A stretch of DNA of 64,000 nucleotides from Callorhinchus milii (GCF_018977255.1 NW_024704742.1:93994001-94058000); one strand, 5' to 3'; counted from the stretch's first letter, positions 37,631 to 51,787 are shown. Made by a program: numbers and translations. Notes: generated by a model from the letters alone, not told the origin.

Positions 37631-38666
37631 CAAAAAACTGGCTTCAACATTAGACTGAATCCAGACTGAGGCGGATAGATTTTTATTAGGTAAGGGTATC
37701 AAGGGATGTGGGGCAAAGGCAGAAATATGGAGTTGAGATAAAGATCATCCGTGATCTAATAGAATGGCAGAACAGGCTTGAAGGGTTGAATGGCCTACTC
37801 TTGTTCCTATGTTCCTAAGATTTTTGCCAAATTTTGGACGCTCTGAAATGCTACATAAATGGAGTAAATCTAGATCCAAGTGGAATTTCTCCCCATGTAT
37901 TGCTAACCATTTGACAGTGGGGGGCAAAAATCGCCGTTTTCACTGTGTAATACCATTTTGTACTACAGTACACACTTTGTCCTTTGCGATTGAAATGAAA
38001 GTGTTCTGAAAGCCACTTTTCTATGGAGGGTATTGTGTATTCACATAATATTAGAAAGATGAATGGTCTAATCAAATAGCCAGGAAATGATAGAGATAGA
38101 ACAGATGTCGAGATAAGTATGAATCTAAGCCGCACGTTATGCTTAACCATGATGTACTGGGCACTGTATTATTTAATGGGAACAATACCAGCTTCCATTT
38201 GCACAGCTGTTTGCTACTTTCATGTACCATAGGAAATAGCAGCACCCCTTGATTCTGCAAAAAAAGATTGTTTGCATTTTGTTTTTAAAACAAACTGAGA
38301 AATCTTTTGTCCAAAATTTTATTTTCTATGGTTTCATTAGCAACCCGTTCAAATTCCACCTATTGATAACCCATTTAAACTTGATCCCATTGAATGATCT
38401 GTGACCTTAGCTTAATAAACCTAAAGCATGATGTGTGTTGAGAGGAAACCTTCTTTTCTCTAAATTTAAAATGTTCGTATTTGAAGGCTAGACAGCTGTA
38501 TGATCTACTGCAAAATATTATTACTTCTGTCCTACTGTGTACTATGCACCAAAACCAGATAAAACAGAGCACAGGCAGAATTGTTGTTTGACATCAACAT
38601 GCTGTTAAACTCCAGATGGCTTCCCTTTGCATTCTCTTTGTGTGTGTTTTTTTTCTTGTGGTTAAG

Positions 38667-38766
38667 GAGCATTTTACTGGAAACTGATGGACATCCCAGG
38701 GCCATTGCCATTCTACAAGCATTTACACGCTGTTTTGTTCAAACTCTACAACAAATGCAGATTCAG
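38667..38766 (+). CDS. FANCC: FANCC exon (human exon 10 equivalent), SILLETDGHPRAIAILQAFTRCFVQTLQQMQIQ
   Basis: Pyrimidine tract plus aag; CAG|GTTAGT donor; 100 nt as in human. LLETDG and FTxCFV are conserved. Confidence 0.96.
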
Positions 38767-39846
38767 GTTAGTTTTGTTTTCTAAATCAGCAAGGTCTATT
38801 TCTGAATNAAAAAACATTTTAGGAACTTTTCTGATTGATTGTAGTTTCTATCCTTCACGATATATGTATTTAAGATAGTTTTCACTATACATTTGTTTAT
38901 TAGCTTAAAATGAAGCAGTAGATTAAGGTAAAATATGTAGCCAGCGATGTACATAATGCCTGCCACTTTGTGAGATAATTAGATAACACCCTCTTCCTTT
39001 GGTATAAATGGGGAGTGTTCACATGGCTGTTTGTAACTCAGTGGGTATATCACAACTAGTCACCTGATCCTGCCCTCTCCAAAGGCTTCATGTTATTTCT
39101 AGCGGAGGTCACTGGATATCAATCAGAGATGGGAACATGGTGGATTCTGTTCCCTCTTTCTCCCCACTCCATGTAACACACATTTAAACTGAAAGGGCAG
39201 CACAGTCAAACCCAATTCTGCACTTGCCTCATGTCTATATATGTATTCCAAAGGATTGTCCAGTCCAACATGTATAGTTGGGTGCTGGAGCATTATGTAG
39301 GATCTGAAACCCATTATATCTACTCTGTATGTAGGATTACTCTAAATCTATAATCTGCAGCAGTGTTCACCATGGATTCAGAATCATCAGGTCATTTGTC
39401 ACACAAATCTATGAGAATCTTTTGAAAAGTAACTAAACAGTGATGTAAATTACTTGGATGTCCCAAAGCCATTTGAAAAGATTCCTTGGTTAAAGAGGAT
39501 TAAGGCCATTTGAATTAATGGCTGGATTGAAAATTGGCTTTTCAATAGAAAGTGATGGCAAAAGAGGGAGCGGGAAGCATAATCATGTAAGAAGGGACAG
39601 TGATTAGTAGAGTTCTGCAGGGGTCTGATCTTTGGCCCACTATTTGTAAATGATACAGAGAGGATTATTTCCAGTAATAATCTTAAAAACGTTAGTAGCA
39701 CCATGTAATGAAATGTAAGGTAGGTTGATGGAATTTATAGATTATTTAGGTGGTGGGTTTTAATATGAAAAAATCTAAGAACGTACTTTGGTACAAAAAG
39801 CACATGACTTGGACACAATAAATGGACTGTTAAAAATTTGCTGAGT

Positions 39847-40352
39847 ACAACAACAACAAAATTACATTTACAGAGCTCCTTTCACGTTGGGAGGACATCT
39901 CAAAACGCTGACTAGTCAGGTGTCGGGGCCCGAGCATGGGGGAGGGGTGGTGTAGGGGTGAGGGAAGGCAGAGAGGTTGGGAGGGAGACCAAAGGCACAG
40001 TCGAAGAGAAGTCTTGAGACCGACCTTGAAGGAGGCAAGGGAGGAAGCGAGGCGAACGGACCGGAGGATGGAGTTCCAGAGTGTGGGGGCAGAGAGGCTG
40101 AAAGTCTGGACACCGATGGTAGGGCGGTGGGGTGGGAGACATGGAGTAGGCCGGAGCCTGATGAACGGAGGGAGCGGGCAGGTTGGTAGGGAGTCAGCAG
40201 GTCAGAGAGGTAGGAGGGGGCAAGGCCATGGATGGCCTTAAAGGTGAGGACGAGAATCTTGAACTCGATCCTCTGGGGGATGGGGAGCAGTGGAGTCGGG
40301 CGAGGGTGGGAGTGATGGGGTCACGGAGCCTAGTGTGTGAGAGTACATGAGC
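39847..40352 (-). mobile_element. L2 LINE 3' end (~500 bp)
   Basis: Reverse match to 48225-48734 including the (caa)n tail. Confidence 0.9.
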
Positions 40353-40579
40353 ATTCACTTAAAGTATAGATCAATATGAAACACTTATCTGAAACCCATT
40401 ATATCTACTCTGTATTAATCATTGTTCACATTGATATCTGGATCTTCTGATCATGCTATTTTGGGGAAGGTTGGGAGAAAAGCAATGAGGATGATTTTGT
40501 GATTAAACTTAAATTGTGAAGATTTTTTTTAAAAAACTTGCTTTAATCGGATTATGATCTGGGTCTTTAAAATGGGAAA

Positions 40580-40920
40580 GCTTGGCTCAATTGGTGGCAC
40601 TCTCACCTCTGGGTCAGAACATTGAGGGTTAAAACCTTATGTCAGGACTTTGAGCTCATTGACAATGTCCAGTGAGGCTGATGATATATTGTCAGAGGTA
40701 CAGTCCATGAGTCCAGGCTGCCTTTTCAAGTAAATACTAAAAGGTTCCCTGATATGTAATTTTATTGTTGTACTATTTGAAACAAAAAGGGAGTTTATCC
40801 TATTGTCCTGGCCAACAATCCTCTAGATAGAATCAGTCACTCACTTTGTGGCTGTGTGGGGCATCGCTGTGCATCAATTTGTTGACTTGCCTTCAAATAC
40901 AGTCACTAGGTTTTACACAC
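40580..40920 (+). mobile_element. Older Deu-domain SINE, diverged
   Basis: ttggctcaattggtggcactctcacctctgggtcagaa head and degenerate core. Confidence 0.65.
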
Positions 40921-41131
40921 TATTTGATTTAACCTACAGAAAGTGATGGCAGATTTTTCTGTGTGTTAATTGATAGTCCTCTGGTCATCAATGGAAATTG
41001 TAACCAACCAAACAAAACTATACTCTAAGTCTATTACTTATGTAATCACTTCTGCCATCTAACTAATTGTGAACCATATGGTACTCATTCTCCTCTTGTT
41101 TCAATCCAATTTCTTTTATTTTCTGATTAAG

Positions 41132-41201
41132 ATGCCGCTAAAAGTCTACTTTCCACATAATCACCAGTCCCTTGTGATGGCACTTTCGAGACATCCTTCA
41201 G
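41132..41201 (+). CDS. FANCC: FANCC exon (human exon 11 equivalent), MPLKVYFPHNHQSLVMALSRHPS
   Basis: AG at 41130-41131 and G|GTAAAT donor; 70 nt, phase 0/1. Matches human [20 protein letters not shown]. The start may instead be 41126 (see findings). Confidence 0.92.
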
Positions 41202-43974
41202 GTAAATTATTGTTTTTTTTATATATAAATGCCTCCACTTATTCATCTACTGCACACATTTTGCAATCTGATTTTTTTTCCCACTCCAAATAATTAGCGT
41301 TAACTGTATCAAGTTTATTGCTTCTTTTTTAGCATTTATGATAGGTGAATTATTCTTGTGCTCACAATTACTTTTATATAATATACAATTTACATTTATA
41401 TAGCACCTTTCATGTCAGGAGGACATATCAAACTGCTTCTAATGGTTGGCTGAGTACTTGGGAGAATGCTGGGGGGAGTGGGGTGGGGGAAAGGTGATCA
41501 AAAGTGGGGTCGAAGAGTTAAATCTTAAGACTGGTTTTAAAGTTTAGAGGGATAACAAACTATGTCTGTTTTATTTGAGGAGCAAATAGAAAAGCAGGAG
41601 GTGAGTTTTTGAACCATTTTACTGAGATTTTATGGGCCTATATGGAATGTAAAATGCAAAAGTAGGCCAATTGAAACCTTTCAAAGTTATTGAGATTACA
41701 CAGCTAGGTACAGGACAACATAATTATATGGTTAGAAAAAGGACGAGAGAACAAATAAAACATAGGCATTTTTATCCTGAAATATTTTTGCTTCGCTCTC
41801 CAGTTATTGTTTTATTTATTCCATTCTTAGGTTCTTACTTCTCTTTTTCTCTCTCTCTCTCTCCCCGCATAGCGTTCTTGGAATGGGAGATGATTTTCCC
41901 TTAGACATTTGCCAGGTCTAACCGGAATGGCTAAAGGAGGTGGAGGTGATGCTTTCAGTTTGATCCTCACTCTCCATGTGGAGAAGTAATTCCCCTTGGC
42001 ATCTAGACAAGACTGAGTGGCACAATACAGCCATTCGGCCCTTCAAGTCTGAGCTGGTGTTTCACGGCACATCACCCAATCTAATCTCGGTCTCCTATTT
42101 GCTGCCATGGCCATTTCACATTCTTTTTCTTGTCAAATACCTTATTTATTTCCTTTTTAAAATAATTGATGGACTTTGCCTCAACAATAGTTTGTAACAG
42201 AGAAACTCACATTCCAACCTCTCTTGTGTAAATAAAGATTTCCAGGGGTTGTAGAGGGAGGTGAGGGGGGGAAGAGAAACCATGAAAAGCAGAAGAACTG
42301 TTTCACTATTTTAGGTAACGAGAAACAACTAAATAAATTTGTTTTTACGTAAAAAAAATGACAATCGCTAAAACCCCACAGATTACTTGCATCAGTGAAA
42401 TCCCACATTTACGATTACGTTGTGAAGTGCAAAATGTGTTCAGAATGGTATCATGGTTACACAGACTCATGATGCATATGATGCAAGTAGGGAGGTGGTT
42501 GAGGCATAAGGGTGTGCTGGTATTGAGTTTAAGGTGTATTGGGGCAAAATGGGAGAGCTCTGTTCTCAATCTTTGGTTTAATTACCCCATACTACACTAT
42601 ACCTAGAAATGTTAACCCATGTCATTCTCTTAGCCGGGCCACTGAATACTATACACTGGGCGCAGTACAGAGAAATGTTCCATTACCCAGCACCATTTAA
42701 TGAGTGAAATTGCTCGAAAGGAGAACGGTGTATCTTTCTCACCGCTAGAAATGCAGAGCTCATGGCAGGAATAGTGGATCACCTCTCGCGTTGTGAGTTC
42801 ATAAACATAGATCTGCTACACGGTGTAGTTTTTTTTGTAAAAAAGATGAAGATGATTCTTCTGCATTTTGTAGTTTGTCTGAAAAATCTGAGGTTGCTAA
42901 ATTGTAATCAGTCTGCAAATAGAGTTTCAGTCAACCAGGACAGCGAGTATGCTGGTAAGAGTACAGCATACCAATTGCAAATGCTTGCACATTCGCTGTA
43001 AAGTGACCATTACTCTTCTCTCCCATATATACTAATAATAATCCTTACATTTGATATAGTGCCTTATCACATCATTGAGATGACTCAGAGCGCTTCACGA
43101 ATATATTGTAAAGTGAATTGACTGTATTTTGTGGGCGAAATAATATTGTAGTAAGATCCAGGTTTATATTATTAAGACATCCGCAGTCTATCTCTTCATT
43201 CAATGCATGGGGCACATTAAAAGAAAGTTGTTTAAAATTTATATTTAGCTGGGATTTCATCAATGCCATTTATGAGGATAGTGTAATAATTTCCTTTATT
43301 TCGTTGTATGACTGTATTTTAAATGTGACGGATGACGGGTATTCCTTATTTAGATGTGACATATTTGAGCAGTAATGCATCGAATGATTGGTATTACTTT
43401 ATTCTCAGTGTTTGCTTTGTATGTTTATATATCAGAAAATAGTTTTCCTTTCTTCCACGTCATGCTCCTCCTAACATTCAGATGTCCCTCAACATAATAA
43501 CATGTCTAACAAGCCCTGTTGCTATAAGTACACTCTTAAAATATGATTCATGGGTATTTGCATCGACACTGATACCCTTTCCTTATAAGGTTACGTTTTG
43601 TGAGATGGCATTGAAATGACTGTGATTGTGATTCAGTACGCAATCTCAAAAGGATTGAGAATGTATTGCATGCATTCAGAATATTATTCAGGTGTGGGTC
43701 CAGAAATCTGTGAAGGTGGAAGTTCTGTGAACTGTCTAAGTGTACGTATATAACACATGAGTGCACATTCCTGCAGTTACTAGATGGTTCTTGGAATTAT
43801 GTTGCTGTACTTTTCGGATACTTGGAATTTATCTATGTGCTAAGAACGGATCCGGCAATGGCACCCTTGGTTTTGTGATCAGGTCCCAGGGTTCATAGCC
43901 AACAAATTGTACTTTATCTCCATGTTTTTCTTTGATTCACAGTTGTTACTTCCACCATCCAAACATTCCAGCTG

Positions 43975-44830
43975 TTACAACACTCCTCCATACTCTGCCC
44001 ACAAGTTCACCCATATCAAACTCCACATGCGCGTCAGGCTAGTCCTCTTCAGGCTCCACTGCCTCCCTGTCTCCCAGCGGATTAATTTCAAGGTCCTCAC
44101 CTTCACCTATAAATCCCTTTGTGTCCTTATTCCAGTTGGGACTTGGAATTTATGTAGTCTAAGCTGATACTCCGATGCTTTGGGGTGTATTGCTTTGTTG
44201 GAGATGCCATCTTTCAAATGAGACTTTAAACTGAGATCCTGTCTGTCTGTTTCAGGTAGATGTTAAAAATCCCTTGGCACTGTTTGAAAAGAGAAGGGAT
44301 TTTCTCCTGATGTCCTGACAAACAATCCTCTCCCAGTGAAATTGGTCACTCACTTCATTGCTGTCATTGCTATGTGCAAATTGGCTGCTGTGTTCGCCCC
44401 ACAAATGACACAGTCACAGGCTCCCCATCCCCCAGAGAACTGAGTTCAAGATTCTCATCATCATTTCAAAATCCTCCACCATCTTGCCCCACCCTACCTC
44501 TGCACCCTTCTTTAACCCTACCAACCCGGACGCCTGTTCCATCTGCTCGATTGGCACTGGCCTGCTTCATGACCCCGGCCCTGCCTGCATCACCACTGGC
44601 AATTGGACTCAAACTCCTTCCCAGAGTGCCTTCATCTCCATCTCAAGGTCCATCTCAAGATCTTTCTCTTTGACTGTATCTTCGGTCATCCTCCCCCCTT
44701 GGCCCCCACCCCTTCCAAATTCCAAATTCAAATTCCAAATTCAGCCGCCACCTCAGTTGAAACGCTCGACGTCCAGCACTTGGGACGCCTTCCCCATGTG
44801 AAAGGCACTATCTAAGGCAATGTGTTGTCG
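43975..44830 (+). mobile_element. L2 fragments (43975-44120, 44417-44830) flanking a Deu-domain SINE (44130-44417)
   Basis: LHCLPVSQRINFKVLTFTYKSL on the left, Deu core in the middle, L2 3' tail on the right. Confidence 0.75.
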
Positions 44831-47800
44831 AAAGCAGACAACTATATAAAAGATAACGGTTGAAGGAGTATGGGGGTAGGGCAGAGTAGTGTGATTTCTC
44901 CGTGCGCTGATGCAGACCTGAGGACCAAATGGACTCTTTCTGTGCTATACATTTCTATGATTCTAAGTGTGTGTTGGTTTTACACGCTGAGTCCCAATCC
45001 TGTCCTGGAATCCCCTACAGGCAGAAAAGGCTTTTCGTAATTCTTTCAAACCCTTTCATTACCCTAAACACCTCTATTATCTTAAATTTCTCCTATCAAA
45101 TCACTAATCACCTCTATTATATGATATTCTTTGTGCAAAGTCATCAAAATTATCCATCTTTTCCTGACTTTTTCTGGCAGTGCTTGGCCCATTCTTATAT
45201 TGGAGCATACACTCAGGGAATTCCTCTAGATAAAATTGATTTGGGTTCCTTTGAAACTTCGTACTTTAGTATGAAGCCTCTCAATATTGGCTCGCAGTAA
45301 ATTTTTAACAATGCTGATTCCTGTTCCGAATGCTTTTATTGCCATTCAGGAGTTGGGATGTAGATTGCCCTGCCAAGTAAGGTGGTAGACGTAGAGTCCA
45401 TTGTGAATTTGAAGAGGGAAGTAGACAGGTATATGAAAGAAAAGCACTTGGAGGGGTACAAGGATAGAACAGCACAGTGGGATTGAAAGGACAGCTTTCT
45501 GAGAGCCAGTGTGGGCCCGATGGGCTGAATGGTCTTCTTCTCCACTTAAATTTTTATTATCTACTTTTCTGATCTGATCCCAATCTCATAAATTAATTGC
45601 ATTATGATTGCAGCAGAATTCCTGCTCCTTAGCTGGGCCTTTGTCACGCTATAATCCTGCATTGTTTGTGGGCTGGGCTGATTAACTTACCTTTTTAATA
45701 TTGTTCCATGTGTCGTCACAGTGTTCTATGGAGAACAATTCCATGTGCTCTGATTTTAGATGCATCTGATATCAAGGAACAAATGCACATTAAATGTAAA
45801 GGCTATTGCATATAGTTTATACTCTCCTATAACGTATATCTGCATTTCAGTCCCAGTTCATCGTGTAAAATGGGTGCAAAACATACGCAAAGATCATAGA
45901 ACCTAAAGTCTCATTTCCAAATGACACAAGTAACTGTCTTAGAAACTAAAATAGGAAAAAAACAGGAGGAGGCCATTTAGCTCAACAAGTCTATTCCACT
46001 AGTTTGCTAGATTTTGGAAAATCTTTTAATCAAGAGCAACAGTAGATTTGTATAGCACCCGTTACATAGGGTAGCATCTCGGAGTGCTGTACAAGGATAG
46101 GGTGGACATCGAGCAAGGAGGAGGGGGAAGTGTTCATAGGTAGTTTGAAGAAGTCGGATTTGAAGCAGGATTTAAGAAAGAAAGACATTGGGAGAGATGG
46201 AATGGCAGAGGAAGGGAGTTTCAAAGATTAGGGGCATAGGAACAAGGGTTGGCCACCGATTGTAGCACAAAGATGCACATCCATCCCTATTGATTCTGCT
46301 TCTTTGTCTTTCTGGGGCAGAGCACTCCAGATCTTCACAACTCTGTGAAGACATGTTACCTGACCTCAGTTCTAACTGCGTAGATTGGCAAATAGAAAGC
46401 TAGTACTGTCTGCACATCAGCCAAACAATACTTCCTTTCAATGCAAGATGCGTGAGGTGACAGATAAATCATGGCGTCATGATTTCCTGAGACAAGTGAA
46501 GCTCAGATAGCGTTTATGTGAAGAAAACTGGATAGACCTAAAAACTGCCTGTGTGCAAGCAAGACAAATTATATCTTCCTCTGCCTCCCTCCTCTCACTC
46601 CAGCTCCATGTTAAATTTATTTCTGTAAGGCTCAGTGAAACAATTGCTCTGCTATATCTATCTGTGTTAATTTGTGGCTAAATTACTTTCTTCACTGTCT
46701 ATTCCTCTGAAGTGTCCCAAATCGATAGTAATCAAGCTAAACAAAAGGAGGGCATTTAAACGAAAATAAAGGAAACGATTATAGTACATTGAAACGGAGA
46801 CAGTGATCTATGGTTTGATGGTACATTTAGCTGAATGGTTGATTTTATTTATTGCTATCAGATAAATTACACTATTCAGAACTTGTTCTTATAATCCCTT
46901 TGTCTTGGCTTCAGGCTGTATTTCCTTCAGTGTGTAAATCATCAGAGTCTGTCCTAGTCCTAGTTTTTTTTGTTTGAAACTCTACAGCAATTTGTACATT
47001 GCACAGGCATACTACAATTCTTGCACTGTGCAAACTATTTTATCACTCCCTCCTTCCAGCATATGCATATTGTGCAAACACTTTAAATTACATGTGAAAA
47101 AAAAGTCGGGTTTTTTTTCAAAAAGGTTCCAATTAAAATTAGTTTTTTTAAAAAATTAAATTAAATGTATGGAACAGACTCCCAAGGAGATGGTGGAAGC
47201 AGAAAGTGCTGATTCTTTCAAAAGCAAATTAGATAGATTTATTTTCAGAAATAATATCGTGGGATACAGAAAATAGTTTGGGACATGACATGTGCATGCG
47301 ACTGCCAGGATGGAAGGCAAACTGAAGGCAAATATGGGCCTTGGTCTTCTTATGTTCTTATGTACNAAAAATGCAAATTAAAAAAATAAATTGGCATTCG
47401 AGGCTGCAGCAAAAGTCAACCAAATTGATAACTGATTAGGCACACCAGTTATAGTGAGGAACTACACTACAGAAGGGAGAGCTGTTGGGAGGTTTCATTT
47501 ACATATTGAGGATCCTGAATGTCACAGATAAACTGGTGCTGCAGAATATGTTTAACATAGTCACAAACGCTGCTGCAATAGGAGTAATGGTTCAAGCTCA
47601 CAAGAGCGAAGGTGAACAGTTTTGATTGAACTACTTTACCCAGAGAATATGTGGAATAGAGTGTACTGGGATGTAAGTTGGTACATCAGGTCAGCATATT
47701 CAAGAGGAATAACTATTTGGCAAACAAATTAATTGAAGGCACACGAGAGAGAAGTGTAGTATTTTTTTAAATTATGTTTTCTGACCCTGCACATCCCTAT

Positions 47801-47849
47801 ATAATACCCGGTATCAGCTCCAGTGCTTAGATCGAGTCCTGAACGAGAG

Positions 47850-48734
47850 AAAACTTTCTTCAGCTCAATGTGCGCAAAACTGAGGCCCTCCTGATTGGCT
47901 CATGTCAGCGCCTCCGCACCTCAGGCGCTGACAGCATCAACATCCAAGGCTGCACTCTCCACCTCTCAAAACCAGTCAGGAACCTCGGCGTTCTGTTCGA
48001 CCCTGAGCTGTCCTTTCTTCCCCACGTCCGCGCCACAACTGGCACCACCTTCCACCACCTCCGGAACATCGGCAGACGACGGCACTACCTCACCCCACAC
48101 GCTGCTGAAACCCTGGTTCACGCCTTTATCACCTCAAGGCTGGACTATGGGAACTCTCTCCTCGCCGGCCTTCCCACCACCTCCCTCCACAAGCTGCAGG
48201 TCATTCAGAACTCTGCAGCTCGTGTACTGTCCCGCACCAGGACCACATCACTCCCACCCTCGCTCACCTCCACTGGCTCCCCATCCCCCAGAGGTTCGAA
48301 TTCAAGATCCTCATCCTCACCTACAAGGCCATTCACGGCCTTGCTCCCTCCTACCTCTCCAACCTACTATCCCCCTACCTACCTGCCCGTACCCTCTGTT
48401 CCTCTGGCTCCAGTCTGCTCCACATCCCCCGCCCCAACCGCCCTACCATCGGTGGTCGGGCCTTCAGCCTCTCAGCCCCCAGGCTCTGGAACTCCATCCC
48501 CCAGTGCCTTCGCCGCTTCCTCCCTTTCCTCTTTCAAGGCTGGTCTCAAGACCTTTCTCTTCAACCGTGCCTTCAGCTCCCCTCTCAACTCTCTACCCCC
48601 TCCTCGCTCCCTCCCTTCCCTCACCCTGACCATTTCCCCCCAATGCTCGGGTCCCGACCCAACTGTCCAGCGCCTTGGGACGTCCTCCCGATGTGAAAGG
48701 TGCTCTATAAATGCAATCTTGTTGTTGTTGTTGT
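47850..48734 (+). mobile_element. Young L2 LINE 3' ~880 bp (ORF2 C-terminus, frameshifted)
   Basis: [46 protein letters not shown]; intact tail plus (ttg)n. Confidence 0.95.
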
Positions 48735-49709
48735 AGATCACTTTGATGATAGCGAATTATCACAGGTTGGGAGACGGGAAAAGTTCAGCATCATCTGGGT
48801 ATTGTTGTATTGAACCAAAAATAATGTTCTGTTAATGAAAATATCCACTATTTTGATGCATTTAATCTCCAGTTATTGCAAAATAAGTTAATAAGTTATT
48901 GCAAAGATAACAATTTGCAAAAAAAAGTCTTTATAGAGGATCAGATTCACTGATTGAAGGGCAATTGAAGGGCTGACCTTTGAACAGCCATACGCCAAAT
49001 GAAAACTTTTGATTTGTTTGCATGAGAAATGCTTTTGGAAGTCTCAGTGTCTGTGCTGTCAGGGAAGGTGGGAGGGGGTGGACGTGTGAGGGATTAAATA
49101 CACTTAAGTGCTAGACTGGTGGCTTGGACAAGAAACATTGAACAGGGTCAGAGAGGAGACCAGACCGACATACAATAAAATTGGGCGACAGTGTTTTAAT
49201 ACATGTGCAGTTTGGCATATTGTATTGTATATGTTCTCCTTTTAAAGTTGCGCTCCCCATATTGGCTGACAGGCATGCCATGAAAAGCGACATTGCACAA
49301 TGAGTTGAGAGTCTTCGGCACAGTATGAAAAGCTTTTCAACATGTAAGGCTTTTTTGGATCGATGAGGTGGTTGTCTTAGAAATGTGTAGGTTAATCTAT
49401 GTTTGCATTTGACCATGGGAGGCAGCAATTGGAGATCGAATATTTTGCCTCATGGGGTAAATGAAAGAATTGAGTAATTCCTTGTTGCAGTTATACAAGC
49501 CCAATATTTTTGTGGAAGTGCATTGTGTGAAGATTAGTTACCTCCCTTAGCCAGAGAATACACAAGAGGACAAGAGAGAGGGGAGATCAGGGGATATAAA
49601 TTATAGAATTAAGAATTAATATTTAAGTATAATTGAATAAGAAAATGCTTTGTTGAATTGTTTTCTAAATATGTCTCTGTTTTGTCCATTTTTAAAATAC
49701 TTTCTGCAG

Positions 49710-49794
49710 ACATCCCATCTGCTGTTTGGTCCAAGCACCTTAGCAATATAGTTCAGATTTTGAAGAGAAATGTGCAAGAGGCAGAGGTGACAAG
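49710..49794 (+). CDS. FANCC: FANCC exon (human exon 12 equivalent), DIPSAVWSKHLSNIVQILKRNVQEAEVTR
   Basis: tttctgcag acceptor and AG|GTGAGT donor; 85 nt, phase 1/2. Matches human [23 protein letters not shown]. Confidence 0.93.
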
Positions 49795-51787
49795 GTGAGT
49801 GTTCACCCTTTGCTAGAAACTATGGCTGAGTGAGGGTTCTCAGAGATATCTAATAATGGATCTTATTTCCACTTGTTTATATTAGGCACAATGTGAACCT
49901 TTGTTCCCTAAGAACATTTGTCATGTTTCAGCAGTTATCTGTAATGTAATAAGAACTTGCTAATACACTGATGGTTACAGGCTGTGTTTATTTCATTTAA
50001 AAAATCAATTTCCTAATGATCACATCTCATGTGACATGTGAACTACACCAGGCTGTGATTTGAAACCTTAATGTAAACATTTTGGATTTTTCTGAAAGAA
50101 AAAGTAAATTACTTTAACTTGGAAAACTGCTGTGAAATTTCATCACATCCTATAATTTGACCCTTTTAACCTGTACTTATTGAGTCTACATTATTGTGGA
50201 TGTGATAATCGACAAATGGCCTGTTGGGAGGTTCAGCAGCCATTATATCCTGTATATTGTACACCAAAACAAGATAACTAAGCTCAGAACATTCGGTAAA
50301 TTTTAAGAAGTATGTTGAGTTTTAAAATAAGAAATGTAACATTTAAAGGCTACATCTATCTTATTACATTTGGCAAACATCAATAATTTGCTCAAAAACA
50401 TATTTTGTGACTTTTATGCTATAAGGTTATTGTATTAACAAATGATTTCACTAGCAGAGAATGTGATGCTTCCCCTCAAATCCTTTTATGGTCTTGCCCC
50501 TCCCTGTCTATACCATATTTTTCAGTCCTATTTTCCCTCCCAATTCTTCCAATGTCTTCCAATTCAGGTCTCCTGCTCATTCCTCACTCCCTTTGTCCTA
50601 CGAACGGTGGTCAGGCCTCGAACACTATGCTCTCTGCTCTCACCTTGCTCTTGTCTCCGTGCATTCAAACCTTTCTCTTTCATTCATATACATTGATTTT
50701 AACATGGACTTCAACTTTAGTCAATAAAATTGAGTTGTTTGTAGTTATATTTTGTTTAAAAATGTAAAGGCTGCTCTCAATACCCTTACATTCTCCTTCC
50801 TATCCTCCATGCTTTGTGCACCTTATCATCTTTGAAATGTTTAGAGACATTCCTTCTGAGTGAAAGGTGCTATAGAGTGCAGGTTGTTATTGTATCTCGT
50901 CAGCCGAATTGCCTCCTCAAACATTCTGGGCATGCATGCAGAGACAGCTATTTGAATGAGATGCTGCTCCGTGGAGCTGCACTTCAGAAAGAATGAAAGT
51001 TTTCAGGAGATAATCGGAGAAAAATGGTGTGTAAAAAGAAAAAAAGGGGTAGTTACTATTAAGTTAATCTAAGATATCACCAACCGTTTTTTCAGAGGGT
51101 GGGGTTTAGTTGGTGAATACAATATGTGCTCTTTGTACCACAGTGTGACAGATCAGTCCTTTTTGCACCAGGTTATTTTCAGGTAAAAATATTTTAATGC
51201 TTTAAATCTTCAAAGCTGATGGCACAAAGGAAGGTTTGTTTTAATGTGTCACAAAGTGTTGTCTCATTGAAACAGTTATTTAGTCAGGTGTTTGCAACAA
51301 AAATGATTAGTTAAGGCTAGAGAAGCCAGGAATCTGTTTGGTGTGAGGAGCAAAGTTCACACAAGCATGTGAGTTCCTGCAAAAATGCAGTTACATGTCA
51401 GTCCATCTTTTGGAATGCTTGTAATTCTTAACCCTTTACCGTGCCAAGGAAAACTTTCATTCAGGCATATTTATTTTAACTTTGACTTCAGCTTTAGTCA
51501 TAAAAATGTAGTTATATTTTGTTTGTAGTTATATTTTGTTTAAAAATAGAAAAACACTTTATATTCTTCACTTTCATCGTATTCTATTCTGCTCTATTCT
51601 AAACGTATTTTTAAATTTTCTTTCACATTAATTGTACCTGAAATACTCCATTTAACTTTCATTTATATAAATACGTTTCTCACATTTCTTTGTGCCTGAT
51701 TCATCCTACTTTACATGGTGGGGGGGCGGGGGGGAGAGATTGGACACGCACAATATCAGCTTGGACACAGTGAGCTTGGGTTAAACC

